A stretch of 64,000 nt of DNA from Lama glama (Eukaryota): NCBI GenBank assembly GCA_028534125.1, contig CM052826.1:16740001-16804000 (forward strand). Reading direction: 5' to 3'. Both the position numbers and the translations under genes were made by a program. This document shows, piece after piece, positions 45,701-57,410 of the stretch; positions within the stretch are counted from its first letter, which is position 1; each line of letters opens with the position of its first letter. The notes beneath the pieces are model-generated. The model did not search any database, had not been told where the DNA came from, and worked only from the letters and a program-made list of their open reading frames with translations.

Positions 45701-46999
45701 CCTACACATGGGGTGCTTCCTCGGGACATCCCCGGCCTCAGCTGGGGGCCAATCAAGGCAGACAGAAGGATGAGTCTAACCAAGTGTCCCGACTCCCCCT
45801 TCTCAACTGCTGCCTTCTAACCAACTCCCTCACCCCAAAAACTTCACCAAGGAAGGATCTGGGGGGCCAGACAGGTATAAGTTGGTCACTGAGGAATCAG
45901 AGCACCTTGGGTCCTACTACCCAGTCTAATGGGGGAAAACAGCCCAGTCTTCAAGGAGATCCCAGTCTGGTGGAACAGCCCTGTCAGTGAGGCCCAGGCT
46001 GACAGGGAGACACAATCCCTGTCCAGGGAGCTTCCAAGTTAAGGGCGGAGCCACAGCCCAACCCAAGGAGCAATCAGTCTGAGGGTGGAGACTGTCCCTG
46101 CCCAAAGAACTCTAGTCAAAAGGAGAAGACATAGCCCTGTCCTCACAGAGTTCCCAGCCTAATGGAGAAGGCACACTACCCACTATCCACGGAGACAGTC
46201 CTGCCCCAGTTGCTGCTGACCTGACAGCAGATTCACATGTCTGCCCTCCCAGAGCTCCCAGATTGATGGGGGAAAGATCCCGGGCACACTGAGAGTTTAA
46301 AGTCTGATGGGGGAGACAGAGCCCTGCTCAGGTAGCTGAAGATCAGGCCTTCTCCAGGGAGCTCCCTCCCATTCAATGGGGAGGCAAACGCAGTTACAGG
46401 AACTCCCAGCTCCCGTGTGGTGAACGCTGGACAGAGAGAGGAACCCCAGGCGGAGAAATCTCAAAGCCGGTAGGGGCTTTGCCAAGGAGGCGGGAAGGCT
46501 CCGTAACGGAGAGGCTACGGGAGCAGGGTTTTGAAAAATGAGTCTGACCCTGGATCGCCCCCTTCCTCCTTATTCCCCCAGCGGCCTCTAAGGCCCCCTC
46601 CATCCAAGCCCCCTCCCCGGGGCCCCGCACCCAGCCCCTCCGTCCAAGCTCCTTCCCGGGGCCCCGCCCCTAGCTCCCTTCATCCAAGCTCCCCCTCCGG
46701 CACCCCCAATCCATCCCTCTCCCCGGGGCCCCGCCCAACCCCCTTCATCCGAGCCCCCTCCCCCGGAGCTCCGCCCCCAACCCCTCACCCCGCGAACGCC
46801 CTCCCTCCGCCTCCCTCGTCCCTCCTCCACACCCCCCGGCGCGCTCCTCCCAGACTCCAGGGCTCACCTTGACCCGCTCCAGCTGTTTGAGGACGTGCTC
46901 CCGCCGCCGCCCCACTGCCCGCTTCCCTCCGGCGCCCCCGGGGCCGCCGCCGCCGCTCCCGGCCCCGCTGTTCCGCTCCGATTTCGAGCTGGGCGCCAT
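39727..46999 (-). CDS. DCAF15: DDB1- and CUL4-associated factor 15, complete spliced CDS, 13 exons, 600 aa
   Basis: complement join(46868-46999,45153-45250,44927-45062,44159-44265,43938-44077,43683-43853,41258-41692,41057-41148,40824-40952,40646-40731,40325-40429,40128-40243,39727-39782) = 1803 nt; [14 protein letters not shown]...[17 protein letters not shown]; GT-AG introns, phases consistent; exon 6 interior is N. Confidence 0.97.
40128..40243 (-). CDS. DCAF15: DCAF15 exon 12
   Basis: [38 protein letters not shown]. Confidence 0.96.
40325..40429 (-). CDS. DCAF15: DCAF15 exon 11
   Basis: [34 protein letters not shown]. Confidence 0.96.
40646..40731 (-). CDS. DCAF15: DCAF15 exon 10
   Basis: [28 protein letters not shown]. 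Confidence 0.96.
40824..40952 (-). CDS. DCAF15: DCAF15 exon 9
   Basis: [43 protein letters not shown]. Confidence 0.96.
41015..41067. repeat. 53-bp inverted repeat, arm overlapping DCAF15 exon 8 donor
   Basis: 49/53 identical to reverse complement of 43625-43677. Confidence 0.95.
41057..41148 (-). CDS. DCAF15: DCAF15 exon 8
   Basis: [30 protein letters not shown]; weak donor CAG|GTTGGT. Confidence 0.95.
41258..41692 (-). CDS. DCAF15: DCAF15 exon 7
   Basis: [11 protein letters not shown]...[20 protein letters not shown]...[22 protein letters not shown]. Confidence 0.96.
43625..43677. repeat. 53-bp inverted repeat, arm at +6..+58 of DCAF15 intron 6
   Basis: 49/53 identical to reverse complement of 41015-41067. 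Confidence 0.95.
43683..43853 (-). CDS. DCAF15: DCAF15 exon 6 (interior is N gap 43692-43839)
   Basis: Both ends visible: cag|GT GAC CCG AGC GCG (GDPSA) and ..TCG GCA G|gtaagc (SAG); 171 nt keeps frame. Confidence 0.88.
43938..44077 (-). CDS. DCAF15: DCAF15 exon 5
   Basis: [46 protein letters not shown]. Confidence 0.96.
44159..44265 (-). CDS. DCAF15: DCAF15 exon 4
   Basis: [35 protein letters not shown]. Confidence 0.96.
44927..45062 (-). CDS. DCAF15: DCAF15 exon 3
   Basis: [45 protein letters not shown]. Confidence 0.96.
45153..45250 (-). CDS. DCAF15: DCAF15 exon 2
   Basis: [33 protein letters not shown]. Confidence 0.96.
46590..46780. repeat. Degenerate ~40-bp GC-rich tandem repeat in DCAF15 intron 1
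   Basis: Recurrent catccaagcyccyt(c)cccggggccccgc units at ~46601, 46641, 46681, 46712, 46746. Confidence 0.65.
46868..46999 (-). CDS. DCAF15: DCAF15 exon 1 coding part
   Basis: [44 protein letters not shown]; |gtgagc. Confidence 0.96.
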
Positions 47000-48754
47000 T
47001 TTCACCCCCTCCCTCCACTTCCGGAGCAACCGGTCTCTTCGCCCCACCCCCGTCGCCTCCTCATTGGCCCGTTCTCGGCACTGCGGCCCGCGGGTTGGGT
47101 GAAAGCCCGCACTCGGGGCCTTTTCCCGCTACGCCTGTCCATCACAGCCAACTCGGCCTTTGATTGGTAAAGACTGTACAGTCCCCGCGGCCCGTCGCCG
47201 TGTTCCCGCCTTCCCGCAAAGACGCACCCATCAGAGGCTCCATTTGCGCCCCTCGCCGAGCTGACTTTGACCGGATAGGCAGAGGCCCAGATCTGTCTCC
47301 ACGGCGTCACGCCCCCTTGTGGCTGGTGGGTTTCCATGGAGACCCAGGCGGTCCAGGCCTGTAGGCGGGGCGATGGGAGCCTGTGGTCCAGAAGGGCCCG
47401 AAACCCCAGCCCAGGGATGTCCGCGCCAAGTCCCGGTGCACGGAGGCCTGGCAAGCATCCCCGGGCCACCGGGCAGGGCCGAGGAAAGGGATTTGCAAAA
47501 TAAAAGGACATAATTCGATTAAAACATCTTTCAGATGGGTTGGGTGCGGGGGAGGTGGCGGCCAGGAGGCATGATGATGGATAATAACAGCATCATTCAC
47601 TTGTATAGCGCTTTACATTTGCCAGAAACAATTCCGAATTTACAATTCTATGAAGCAGGTCGCTGTTATGCCCATTTTATAGATGATAGTAATAACAATT
47701 GTTTGATGTCTGATATGTACATCCTCTTCCTGTGCCTTAGCTCATTTAACTTTCGTAGCCATTTTGGAGATAGGTCCTTTCATTATCTCCATTTGACACA
47801 TGCTAAAACTAAGGCCTACAGTGTAGCGCTCCTGAATACCTGGCACATATATACCTCAGATGCGACCTGTTGTGACTATAATCAGAGAAGAATCAAGTGG
47901 ATCTGGCTCTCAAATTCTTCCAGCCTCATGCATTCATTTATCCAACAAATACTTATTGAGCACCTAATATGTTCTAAGCCCTGGAGATATGGCAATGAAC
48001 AAGACAGATAATAATCAAGGGTATAAGTTTATATCATCTAATTCCAGGTAGGATTAGAGAGGAAGGAAGAAGGCTGCTTAGGACAGTCAGAGAGGGGCCC
48101 TGTGAAGGTGAGGAGGAGGAATATTCCAGCAAAGACAAAGGTTTCAGGGGGATGAGGGTGGCATGACTGAGGTACCACAAAAAGGCCAGTTGGGCCAGAG
48201 CAGGAATGAGCAAGGGAAAAAGGAAGGAAGGAAAATAGACAAGGACTTAGAAGCAGGTAGGGAGCGTATGAGGCTTGTAGGTAAATAAAACACTTGGATT
48301 TTACTCTGAAGCATAAAGGGAAGCCCCTGGAAGGTTTTTAATAGAAGATTATGGAATCTGAGATGAGATTTTAAAGATCATTGTGATTCAAAGTATTAAA
48401 TAAATACCCATGAGCCCATACTGATATAAATAAATGATTGAATAAATAAATGGGGGAAAGGGGCCAATCTTCCTTATAGAAGATGTCCAATTAATAAATG
48501 TAGAAGGAATGAGGGAAGTAGAAAATTACCATCTCTCAATTACCACAGAAATCAGTGCAGCAGGCAAGATCTACCAATGGATGCTAAAATTAGTGGATGA
48601 AACTTGCCTACCCTAAAAGTATGTCTCCTAAAATATTTATGAATTACTGGGAGTTTTTTAAAATGTTCATAAATTCTTTGATATGCCTCCCTCTGGGAGG
48701 TGGAAGTTAATTCCCCTCCTTGGATGTGGGCTGGATTTAGTGATTCATTTTTCA

Positions 48755-49100
48755 AAAAAAGTTTTTATTGAAGTGTAGTTGATTTATAATGTTAGTTTCA
48801 GGTATACAGCGAAGCGATTCAGTTTTATATTTTTTTTCTTTTCAGATTCTTTTCCATTACATGTTATAACAAGAAACTGAATATCATTCCCTGTGCTATA
48901 GAGTAGGTCCTTGTTGTTTATCTGTTTTATATGTAGTAATGTGCATCTGTTAATCCCAAATTCCTAATTTATCCCTCCCCTGCCCTTTCCCCTTTGGTAA
49001 CCATAGTTTGTTTTCTATGTCCATGAGTCTGTTTTTGGTTTGTAAATAGAATTTGTATCATTTTTTTAGGTTCCACATAGGAGTGATATCATATGATTAT
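48755..49100 (-). mobile_element. Younger L1 3' end, antisense, nested in an older L1MC/L1MD-like relic (~48385-49650)
   Basis: tttttattgaagtgtagttgattta...cagattcttttccatta...ccctgtgctata.agtaggtccttgttg. Confidence 0.75.
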
Positions 49101-49662
49101 TTGTAGTTACTCACCTTTAAGGAAGAAAGCATAGAATGGGAAAAAGTAAGCTGACAGTGAAGAAACCTGGCAAGATACCAGCACAATCAAGGGATCAAGG
49201 TTACCATTGTAGTGATAAGTCATGTGCATGTCAAGGGCCCTTGATGTGACCTATTGAGAAGGACACTCAGCTGTCTGGTATCCTCTCCAAACCCCATAAT
49301 CTCAGTCTAATGAGAAAACATCAGATGCTTGTCCCAAATGGAGGGACAGGACATTCTACAAAAGACCAGACTAATATACTTCAAAAGTGTCAGGGTCATG
49401 AGAAACCATGACCAAGAACCTGGCACAGTTTAGAGGAGTCTAAGATGTGATAATCAAATGAAATGTGACATCTCAGATGGGATCCTGGACCAGAAAAGGA
49501 CACTGGAGTGAAAACTGGTGAAATTCATATAAGTCTGTAGTTTAGTGCATAGTATGGTACCAACTTAGTTAATTTACTGTGGTTGTACAAGATGTTAAAA
49601 CATTTGGAGCAGTTGGGTGAAGAGTTGACAAGAATTCTCTGTACCAACCACCTCTGCAGATT

Positions 49663-50053
49663 ATCTTAGTCTGTTTAGGCTGCCATAACAAAAATACTAT
49701 AGACTGAGTGGTTTTACAACAAACACATTTCTCACAGTTTCGGAGGCTGGAATATCCAAGATCAAGATGCTGGCAGACCTGGTGTCTGGTGAGGGTCCAC
49801 TTCCTGGATTGTGGACAGATGCCACCTAGCTATACCCTCACATTGCAGAAAGAGAGAGCAAGAGAGAGGCAGGCAGACAGAGAGAGCGCNNNNNNNNNNN
49901 NNNNNNNNNNNNNNNNNNNNNNNNNNNNNNNNNNNNNNNNNNNNNNNNNNNNNNNNNNNNNNNNNNNNNNNNNNNNNNNNNNNNNNNNNNNNNNNNNNNN
50001 NNNNNNNNNNNNNNNNNNNNNNNNNNNNNNNNNNNNGAATTCAGTCCATAGCA
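49663..50053 (-). mobile_element. MLT1 (MaLR) LTR, contains N gap
   Basis: ggctgccataacaaaatactatagactgagtgg...ttctcacagttt.ggaggctgg...attcagtccatagca. Confidence 0.75.
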
Positions 50054-51114
50054 AAGATCTTCTGTAAATCAGAAATTATTTCAAAGTAAATAGGTTTTAA
50101 GGAGCTGGGGGGAAGGACACTATGGCCACTGTGTATAGGATGGTTTGTGACGGGGACAAGAATGGCCCCAGAGGGGCTAGAGAAGGAGGTGATGGTGGCT
50201 TGAATTCTGATAGTAGCAGTAAAAATGGAGAAATGTGGTTATGTTCAGAGCTGTCGGGTGATGCTCATGGACTGTAGAGGTGAGAAAGGAGTTAAATATG
50301 GCTTTAGCGCCTGTGGGGAAGGCGTTGCCATTTTCTGATGTGGGAAAGGACAGGGAGGACACAATTTGAGCCAAGTCAGTTGGACATGTGTTTACAAGAG
50401 GTTCCACTCCCTCATGCAGACCCCAGGTCTTGGGAGAGCAAAGCTTTTCCTGAAAGCTCCTAGGAATCCACACTTGGTGACTTCCCAACAAGTTGACCAA
50501 ATTGCCCACCTCCTGGCAGCCTGAAGCCCTTTCAACCAGTGACCCATTTAAGCGGGATGAAGGAAAGCAGACAGGGGGTCCCCCTCATCCTCTTTCCAGA
50601 GCTCCACCCACCCCAATAAAGAGACCTTGTATCAGTTATCCATTGTTATATAAAAAGCAACACCAAACACAGTGGTGTAAAATAACAATAATATTTAGTC
50701 TTATTATCTTGCACAGTCCTAAGTGTTGGCTGGGCTCGGCTGGGCAATTCTCACTTGAGGTGTTTTATGCAGCTAGAGTCAGATGGTGGCTGGGGCTGGA
50801 GTCACCTCAAAGGCTTCTTCGTGCTTCACATGCTGTCTGTTGGTCAGAACAGAACCGAGTGGCTGGTCCAAGTGTCTTGGGCTTCTTCACAGCATGGTGG
50901 AGGGGTGCAAAGGGCAACTCCCGTGAGAGAGAACCAGAAGCAATGTGTATCCGCTTTTATGCTCTAGGCTCAGAAATGGTATTAAATTACATCTACCTAA
51001 GTCTATTGATTGCATTAGTCACAAAGGTCCACCCAGATTCAACGGAAGGGACATAGACTCCAACTCTTAATGGGAGAATGGAAGGACGCATTGTCAGAAA
51101 ATCACATGGTCCCA

Positions 51115-52087
51115 GACCTAAACAGACATTTCTCCAAAGAAGACATACAGATGGCTAACAGGCACATGAAAGACATTCAACATCACTAATTACTCGAGAA
51201 ATGCAAGTGAAAACTACAATGAAGTATCATCTCACACCAGTCAGAATAGCCATCATTAAAAAGTCTACAAACAATAAATGCTGGAGAGGGTATGGAGAAA
51301 AGGGAACCTTCCGACACTGTTGATGGGAATTTAAATTGGTGCAGCCACTACAGAAAACAGTATGGAGGTTTGTTACAAAACTAAAAATATTTGTATCTTT
51401 GTCTATTTTTATACTTTTTATAATGTTTGTTTTTGTTCTCAATATATATATCATATAGTATATAAAGTGTTTCTCCCCTAAATCTGTCAGTCCTTGAATA
51501 TAGTTTCACAGAATACTTACGTTTACTTTCTATTTTCAAAAACTTACTATGGGAAACACTCTTTGGAAACAAATGTGTTATATGTGAAAAAAAGAAAAGC
51601 TGTATAGAGATTCCTTAAAAAACTAAAAATAGAGTTGCCATATAATCCAGCAATCCCACTCCTGGGCATATATCCAGAGAAAACTCTAATTTAAAAAGAT
51701 ACACACACCCCAGTNNNNNNNNNNNNNNNNNNNNNNNNNNNNNNNNNNNNNNNNNNNNNNNNNNNNNNNNNNNNNNNNNNNNNNNNNNNNNNNNNNNNNN
51801 NNNNNNNNNNNNNNNNNNNNNNNNNNNNNNNNNNNNNNNNNNNNNNNNNNNNNNNAGCAACACATATGGCCTTAGAAATGATCATGCTAAGTGAAGTAAA
51901 TCAGAAAGAGAAAGACAAACATCACATAATATAACTTTTATGTGTACTCTAAAATATGATACAAATGAACTTATTTAAAAACAGAAATAGACTCACAGAC
52001 ACAGAAAACAAACTTCTGGTTACCAGAGAAGAAAGGTGGTGGGGAGGGATAAATTAGAAATAAAAATTTTTTAAAGGAAAAAAAAAT
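51115..52087 (+). mobile_element. 5'-truncated L1 with 19-bp target-site duplication
   Basis: ORF2 C-terminal/3' UTR text (aacagacatttctccaaagaagacatacagatggc...), A-rich tail, TSD agaaaatcacatggtccca at 51096-51114 and 52088-52106. Confidence 0.9.
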
Positions 52088-53409
52088 AGAAAATCACATG
52101 GTCCCAAAAGAATTTAAATAACTATGCAATAACATTTTAATAAATTTTTTAAAAAGCATGTGGAATGTGAGATATTATGATGACCACCTTTGGAAATTAC
52201 AACCTGCCAGTCATCTTTTATCAAATGTTGATACATCTGAATGATCAAATATTGAATATACAAAATAATATTTTAAAATACATATGTCTTGTCTTGAGAC
52301 TAAAAGTATTACCAGGATCCTTGAACATCTCATCACCTTTATTTGCCCTCAAGGTAGCAACATCCTGGAATTTTGTTCTATCATTCTCACATGTTCAGAC
52401 CCCTAAATAGTATATTACTTGTTTGGCCTGTTTCGTACTTTCATGCAAATGGATTTATAATGATGTGTAGTTGGGAGTGAGTTATTTTCACTACCGTATA
52501 GTGAATGCCCCGTAATTGATTTATCCATGGTCCTGTGGGTGGAAAGTGCAGATATTTCCAGTTTGAGGGCTAATCATTATCAATGCTTCACTCTTGTATC
52601 TCCCAGGGAAATTTTGCAAGAGTTTATCTGAGGCTCATATCTTGGATTGGAGTTGCTGGTATGTGCCAAATTGCTTGTCCAAAGAAGTTGTACCAATCTA
52701 CACCTGTAACAACAATGAGCGTTCCAGTTGCTCCACATCCTGAGCAATACTTGCCACTGTCAGATTTCTTTAGATGTGTCCTTTACCAGGTCAGAAACAC
52801 AGCCATGTTGTGTCATTCATGTCTGCTAGGAACATCCCAATCAAGCAATGTATTCATATTCTTGTTGTAAAAATATATAACCTGTGCCCAAAAGTGGCCT
52901 CCCCCAAACTTGGTGCCCTCCCTGAGCTTCCTCCTCCCAACACGACACTGTTACTGCTTCTGTGGAGTTGTGGTTGACACACAGGTAGATATGTCCATTC
53001 TACTGCATGTGCAGAACCCACAGAAAGGCACTGTAGATTCTGAGGAGGGGTCCCTCTGCTGGGGCAGGGACAGGCATGGGACACCCCTTGAACAAAAGAA
53101 GGACACAGATGTCCTCATGAAGCCATTAATTACTGTGGCCAAACCTGTATGCAAACTAATATGTATATGAAATTGTTTAATATACATATTTCAAATACAC
53201 ATTGTACATAGTGTATATACATTTCACATATGTATTGTATTCCAGTGTACTTAAGTTTGTTACATATACAAATAAATTTGTTCCACTATACTTAAGTTTT
53301 ATGTATATGTGTGTATGTATAAATATATATGTAACAAGTTCATTGGAATACAATTTATTGAAGAAACTTCATTTAAGCTTGCCTATTTGTAGTAAAAATT
53401 TTCTTTATC

Positions 53410-54160
53410 ACATTAAAAAAATTGTGGTGACATGTATATAACATAAAATTTACCATCTTGGCTTTTTTTAAGTGTACAATTCAGTGGCATTAAGTACATT
53501 TGTATTGTTGTGCAATCATCACCACCTCCATCTGCAGAACTTCTCCATCACTCCAAACAGGACCTCTGTCCTCATTAAACACCTACTCCTAACCTTGTCT
53601 CCCCCAGCCCCTGGCACCCACCATTCTATTTTCTGTCTCTATGAGTTCAAAACTCTAGGGACCTCAAGTAAGTATAATCATACAGTATTTGTCCTTTTGT
53701 GACTGGTTTATTTCACTTCATCNNNNNNNNNNNNNNNNNNNNNNNNNNNNNNNNNNNNNNNNNNNNNNNNNNNNNNNNNNNNNNNNNNNNNNNNNNNNNN
53801 NNNNNNNNNNNNNNNNNNNNNNNNNNNNNNNNNNNNNNNNNNNNNNNNNNNNNNNNNNNNNNNNNNNNNNNNNNNNNNNNNNNNNNNNNNNNNNNNNNNN
53901 NNNNNNNNNNNGGTCAGTTCCTTGCTATGGTTTCTTTGGGTGTATATCCAGAAGTGCAATTGCTGGAACATAATTCTATGTTTAATTTTTTTTTTGAGGA
54001 ACTGCCATACTGTTTTCCACCCCAGCTGTACCATTTTACATTCCTCAAGGTGTGCAAGGTTTGCAATTTCCCTATATCCTTGTTAACACTTGTTACCTTC
54101 TGGGTTTGGGTTTTCTTTTTTTGTTTTTTAATACAAGCTAACCTAATGGGTGAGATCGTT
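53410..54160 (-). mobile_element. L1MB-like fragment, antisense, contains N gap
   Basis: taacataaaatttaccatc...aagtgtacaattcagtggcattaagtacatt. Confidence 0.75.
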
Positions 54161-54586
54161 TACTTTTTAAATAAGTATTAGATTCACACAATTCAAAATT
54201 CAACACGAGGAAGACCTAGAATGGGCAATAAGCACATGAAAAGATGCTCAACATTATTAGGCATTAAGGAAAAGCAAATAAAGTCACAATCATAGACCGC
54301 TACATACCCTCTAAAAAGGCTCCAATTAAACAGACTGACTATACCAAGTGCTGACAAGGATGTGAGGGAACTGGGACTCTGTTAGGCTGCTGGTGGGAAT
54401 GAAAAATGACACAACCAAGCTGGAATACAGTTTCTCAGGTTTTCAAAAAGTTAAATGCACACCTACCATACGATCCGGCCATTTAACTCTTACATATTTA
54501 CCTAAGAGAAGCTTTTTAAAAGACACATGAGGACATTATATGAAGTGAAATAAACCAGTCACAAAAGGGCAAATACTGTGTCTTTT

Positions 54587-54733
54587 GAGGGGAGGGTATA
54601 ACTCAGTGGTATAGTGCGTGTTTGGCATGACTGAGGTCCTGGGTTCAATCCCCGATACCTCCACTAAAAATAATAAGCAAATGAGTGAGCCTAATTTCCT
54701 CCCCCCCCAAAAGTAAATAAAATAAATTTTTAA
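54587..54733 (+). mobile_element. tRNA-derived SINE (camelid type) nested in L1 (~54205-55320)
   Basis: ggggagggtataactcagtggtatagtgcgtgtttggcatgactgaggtcctgggttcaatcccc; TSD aaaagacacat 54518-54528/54734-54744. Confidence 0.85.
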
Positions 54734-55512
54734 AAAAGACACATTTCCTCAAAGACTCATATATGACTATCCACACCTGCTTTATTTGTATTATCCAAAA
54801 AAGGGAAACAAGCCAAAAGTCCCTCTACCTGTGATTTAAAAAAAAAAGTTGGTTCATCCATTCAGTGGATACTACCAAATAATAGAAAAGAATGAACTAT
54901 GGTACACTTAAAACGAATACAATGTTATATGTCAATTATATCTCAATTAATATTAAATGGACTTTTTAAAAAACCACTATAGTACATGTGACAACATGAA
55001 TGAATCTCATAACAGCTACCAAATGGAATAAGCTGGACAGCAGAAATGATACACTCTATGATTCCATTTATTAATTTCTAGAAAATGTACCATAGTCCAT
55101 GGTGATGGACAACAGATCAGTGGTGGCCTGGGGCTGGAGGTGAAAGGAGGGAGGGAGGGCTGACAAGCATAAGGATGCTTTTGGGGGTGACGGAAATGTT
55201 CACGAACCATGGTGATGGTTTTTCCCAGGTGCATCCATGTTGAGTTTTGAAATGATGAGTTTTGTCTCATGTATATTTTAAATATTTTCATTTTTATTGT
55301 ATGTCATATACACCCCAGTCAAGTCTTTAGTTCAACAGGGATACAAGGATATATGGTGGCAGGCTCCCCTTCCCGCTGGGCCCCAGCCTCCCAGTTCTCC
55401 CCGTAGAGACCACCAAGCTATGAAAATTTTTAGTTTATAGAAACAATGAATACTGTTGGCCTTGCTCTGAAACTTTTTTTTTCTCACAAGATGAGCTCTA
55501 CTGACTAATCCA

Positions 55513-56095
55513 TGTCGTGGTTTGAATGGTGAGCCACAAAAAGATGTGCTGATATCCTAACCCTCAGACCACGTGAGTATGAACTTATTTGGAAAAAAGA
55601 TGTAATTTAGTGAAGGATTTTGAGATTATCTTGGATTAACCAGGTGTGCCCTAAATCCAATGACCAGTGTCCTTAAAAGCTTAAGAGGACCCTCTGCGCT
55701 CACACAGGCACCTCTCCATCCATGTGGCCCGCTGTTGTCTATGGCAGCGTAACCCAATAAACACCTCTTCTATTCTCAGAAAGAAAGGAAGGAAGGTAAG
55801 GAGAAGGGTAGAAAAACTGACATACGCGGATAAAAGACCATGTGAAAACCGAGGTGGGGAGTTCCCTGACGCAGCTCCAGGCCCAGGAACGTCAAAGATT
55901 GCCAGCAGCCATGAGAAGCTGGAAGAGAGCCCAGGAAGGAGTCTCCAAAGGAATCAACCCTGACAACACCTTGACTTTGGACTTCGAGCCTCCACAAGCC
56001 CAAAGAAATAATCTGGCCTTCTGAAATGAATTCATTTCTGTTGTGTAAAGCCACCCAGTTTGTGGTCATTGGTTACAACGGCCCTTACAAAAGTA
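55513..56095 (+). mobile_element. MLT1 (MaLR) LTR
   Basis: tgaatggtg..cc.caaaaagat...gaacttatttggaaa...aagccacccagtttgtggt. Confidence 0.7.
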
Positions 56096-56730
56096 AGGCA
56101 GGGAAGAGGAGATAGAGTCAAAAAAATTGCTTCTGATCGGCGGATTTGGTGAGGAGGGGGGGTTCTCTGTGTGAGTGAAATGAAGTGAAGTTGCTAGCCC
56201 TGTGGGATGGAGGGAAAGAGGGAATTTTTACTATTATAAACAAGCCCGTATGGGAACATCCTTGTACGTACCTGTTGGGGGCTGTGTAAGAACTCTTGCA
56301 GAACAGATTGCCGGTCGTTGGGTGTTGCAGAGAGGGTAATAATCCAAATAATTCACTTGCTCCTTTTCCCGGACCAGATCCGCCCCGCCCCCAGCCATTT
56401 CTTGGTTCCCTGCGGTCAGGTAGGACCACGTGACCAATTCTGGCCAATGAAATGGGAGCAGGAGGGTCGGGTGGCCCTTCAGAGTGGAAACACAAAAGAT
56501 GTGATGGCGAATCTGGCTGTGTCACAGGATCAGCTGAGCAAGGACTGCTTGCTGTTCAAGACGGTGCAGCCCCTGTTGGACGGGGTCCCTGGGTGACTCT
56601 GTGGCTCAGAGGTCCTGCTGCTTATCTGTTGAGATTCTGTCGTGGGGATGACCAGCTCCGATGTTAGTCACTGACATTTGGGGCTGTTTGTAATGCAGAA
56701 TGATCTTGGAGATATATATATATATATATA

Positions 56731-56925
56731 TAACCCTTGAACAGCCTGGGGGTTAGGGGGCTGACCCTCTGCACAGTCAAAAATCCGTGTATAACTCTAC
56801 AGTTGGCCCTGCGAATCTGAGGTTCCAGGTTTGCAGATTCAACCCACCATAGATCATGTACAACTGTAGTACAAATTCAATGAAAAGAATCTGCATATAA
56901 GTGGATCCATGTTGTTCAAGGAGAT
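56731..56925. mobile_element. Short Tigger1-derived element
   Basis: Inverted ends acccttgaaca... / ...tgttgttcaagg; ggggttagggggctgaccc..gcacagtcaaaaatccgtgtataact; flanked by TA-rich repeats. Confidence 0.75.
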
Positions 56926-57044
56926 ACTATACATATGTATATATACACATATACATATGTAGGAAATATATACCTGTATATATGTATACATATATAATAC
57001 AGCTGAGATATGTATATCCTTTTACATATATAAAATCTATACAT

Positions 57045-57410
57045 ACAAGGAGATTTATTATGAGGAAATGACTCATGTGATTTTAGAGGCTAAGTCCCAT
57101 GAGCTGCTGTCTGGAAGCTGGGGACCCAGGAAAGCTGGTGGTATAATTCCAGTCTGAGGCCTGAGAACCAGAAGAACCAATGGTGTACGTCCCAGTCCTG
57201 ATGCAAGAGAAGACGCATGTCCCCACAGGACGGTAAAAGGGATGAGTTCCTCCTTCCTCTGCCTTTCAGTTGATGCCCAGGCACACTGGGGAGGGCCATC
57301 TAGCTTATTGAGTCCATGGATTCAAATGCTAATCTCCTCTGGAAACACCGGACTGAGGAGCCCAGAAAGAATGTTTAATCCGGGCATCCCATGACCCAAT
57401 AAAATGTTAT
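57045..57410 (-). mobile_element. MLT2-like (ERVL) LTR
   Basis: gagatttattatgaggaa.tgactcatgtgatt...aagctgggacccaggaaagctggtgg...ttcaaatgctaatctc. Confidence 0.65.

Larger units (their letters stand above)
46480..47490 (-). promoter_or_regulatory. DCAF15: CpG-island promoter of DCAF15
   Basis: CpG-rich; ETS ACTTCCGG 47017-47024; CCAAT boxes (ATTGG 47063-47067, 47163-47167); several TTCCCGC E2F-like motifs 47122-47218; X-box-like GTTTCCATGGAGAC 47330-47343. Confidence 0.85.

Noticed and set aside
51227-51454. ORF with '[25 protein letters not shown]' text
   Set aside because: Familiar antisense translation of L1 ORF2 3' sequence, not a gene.
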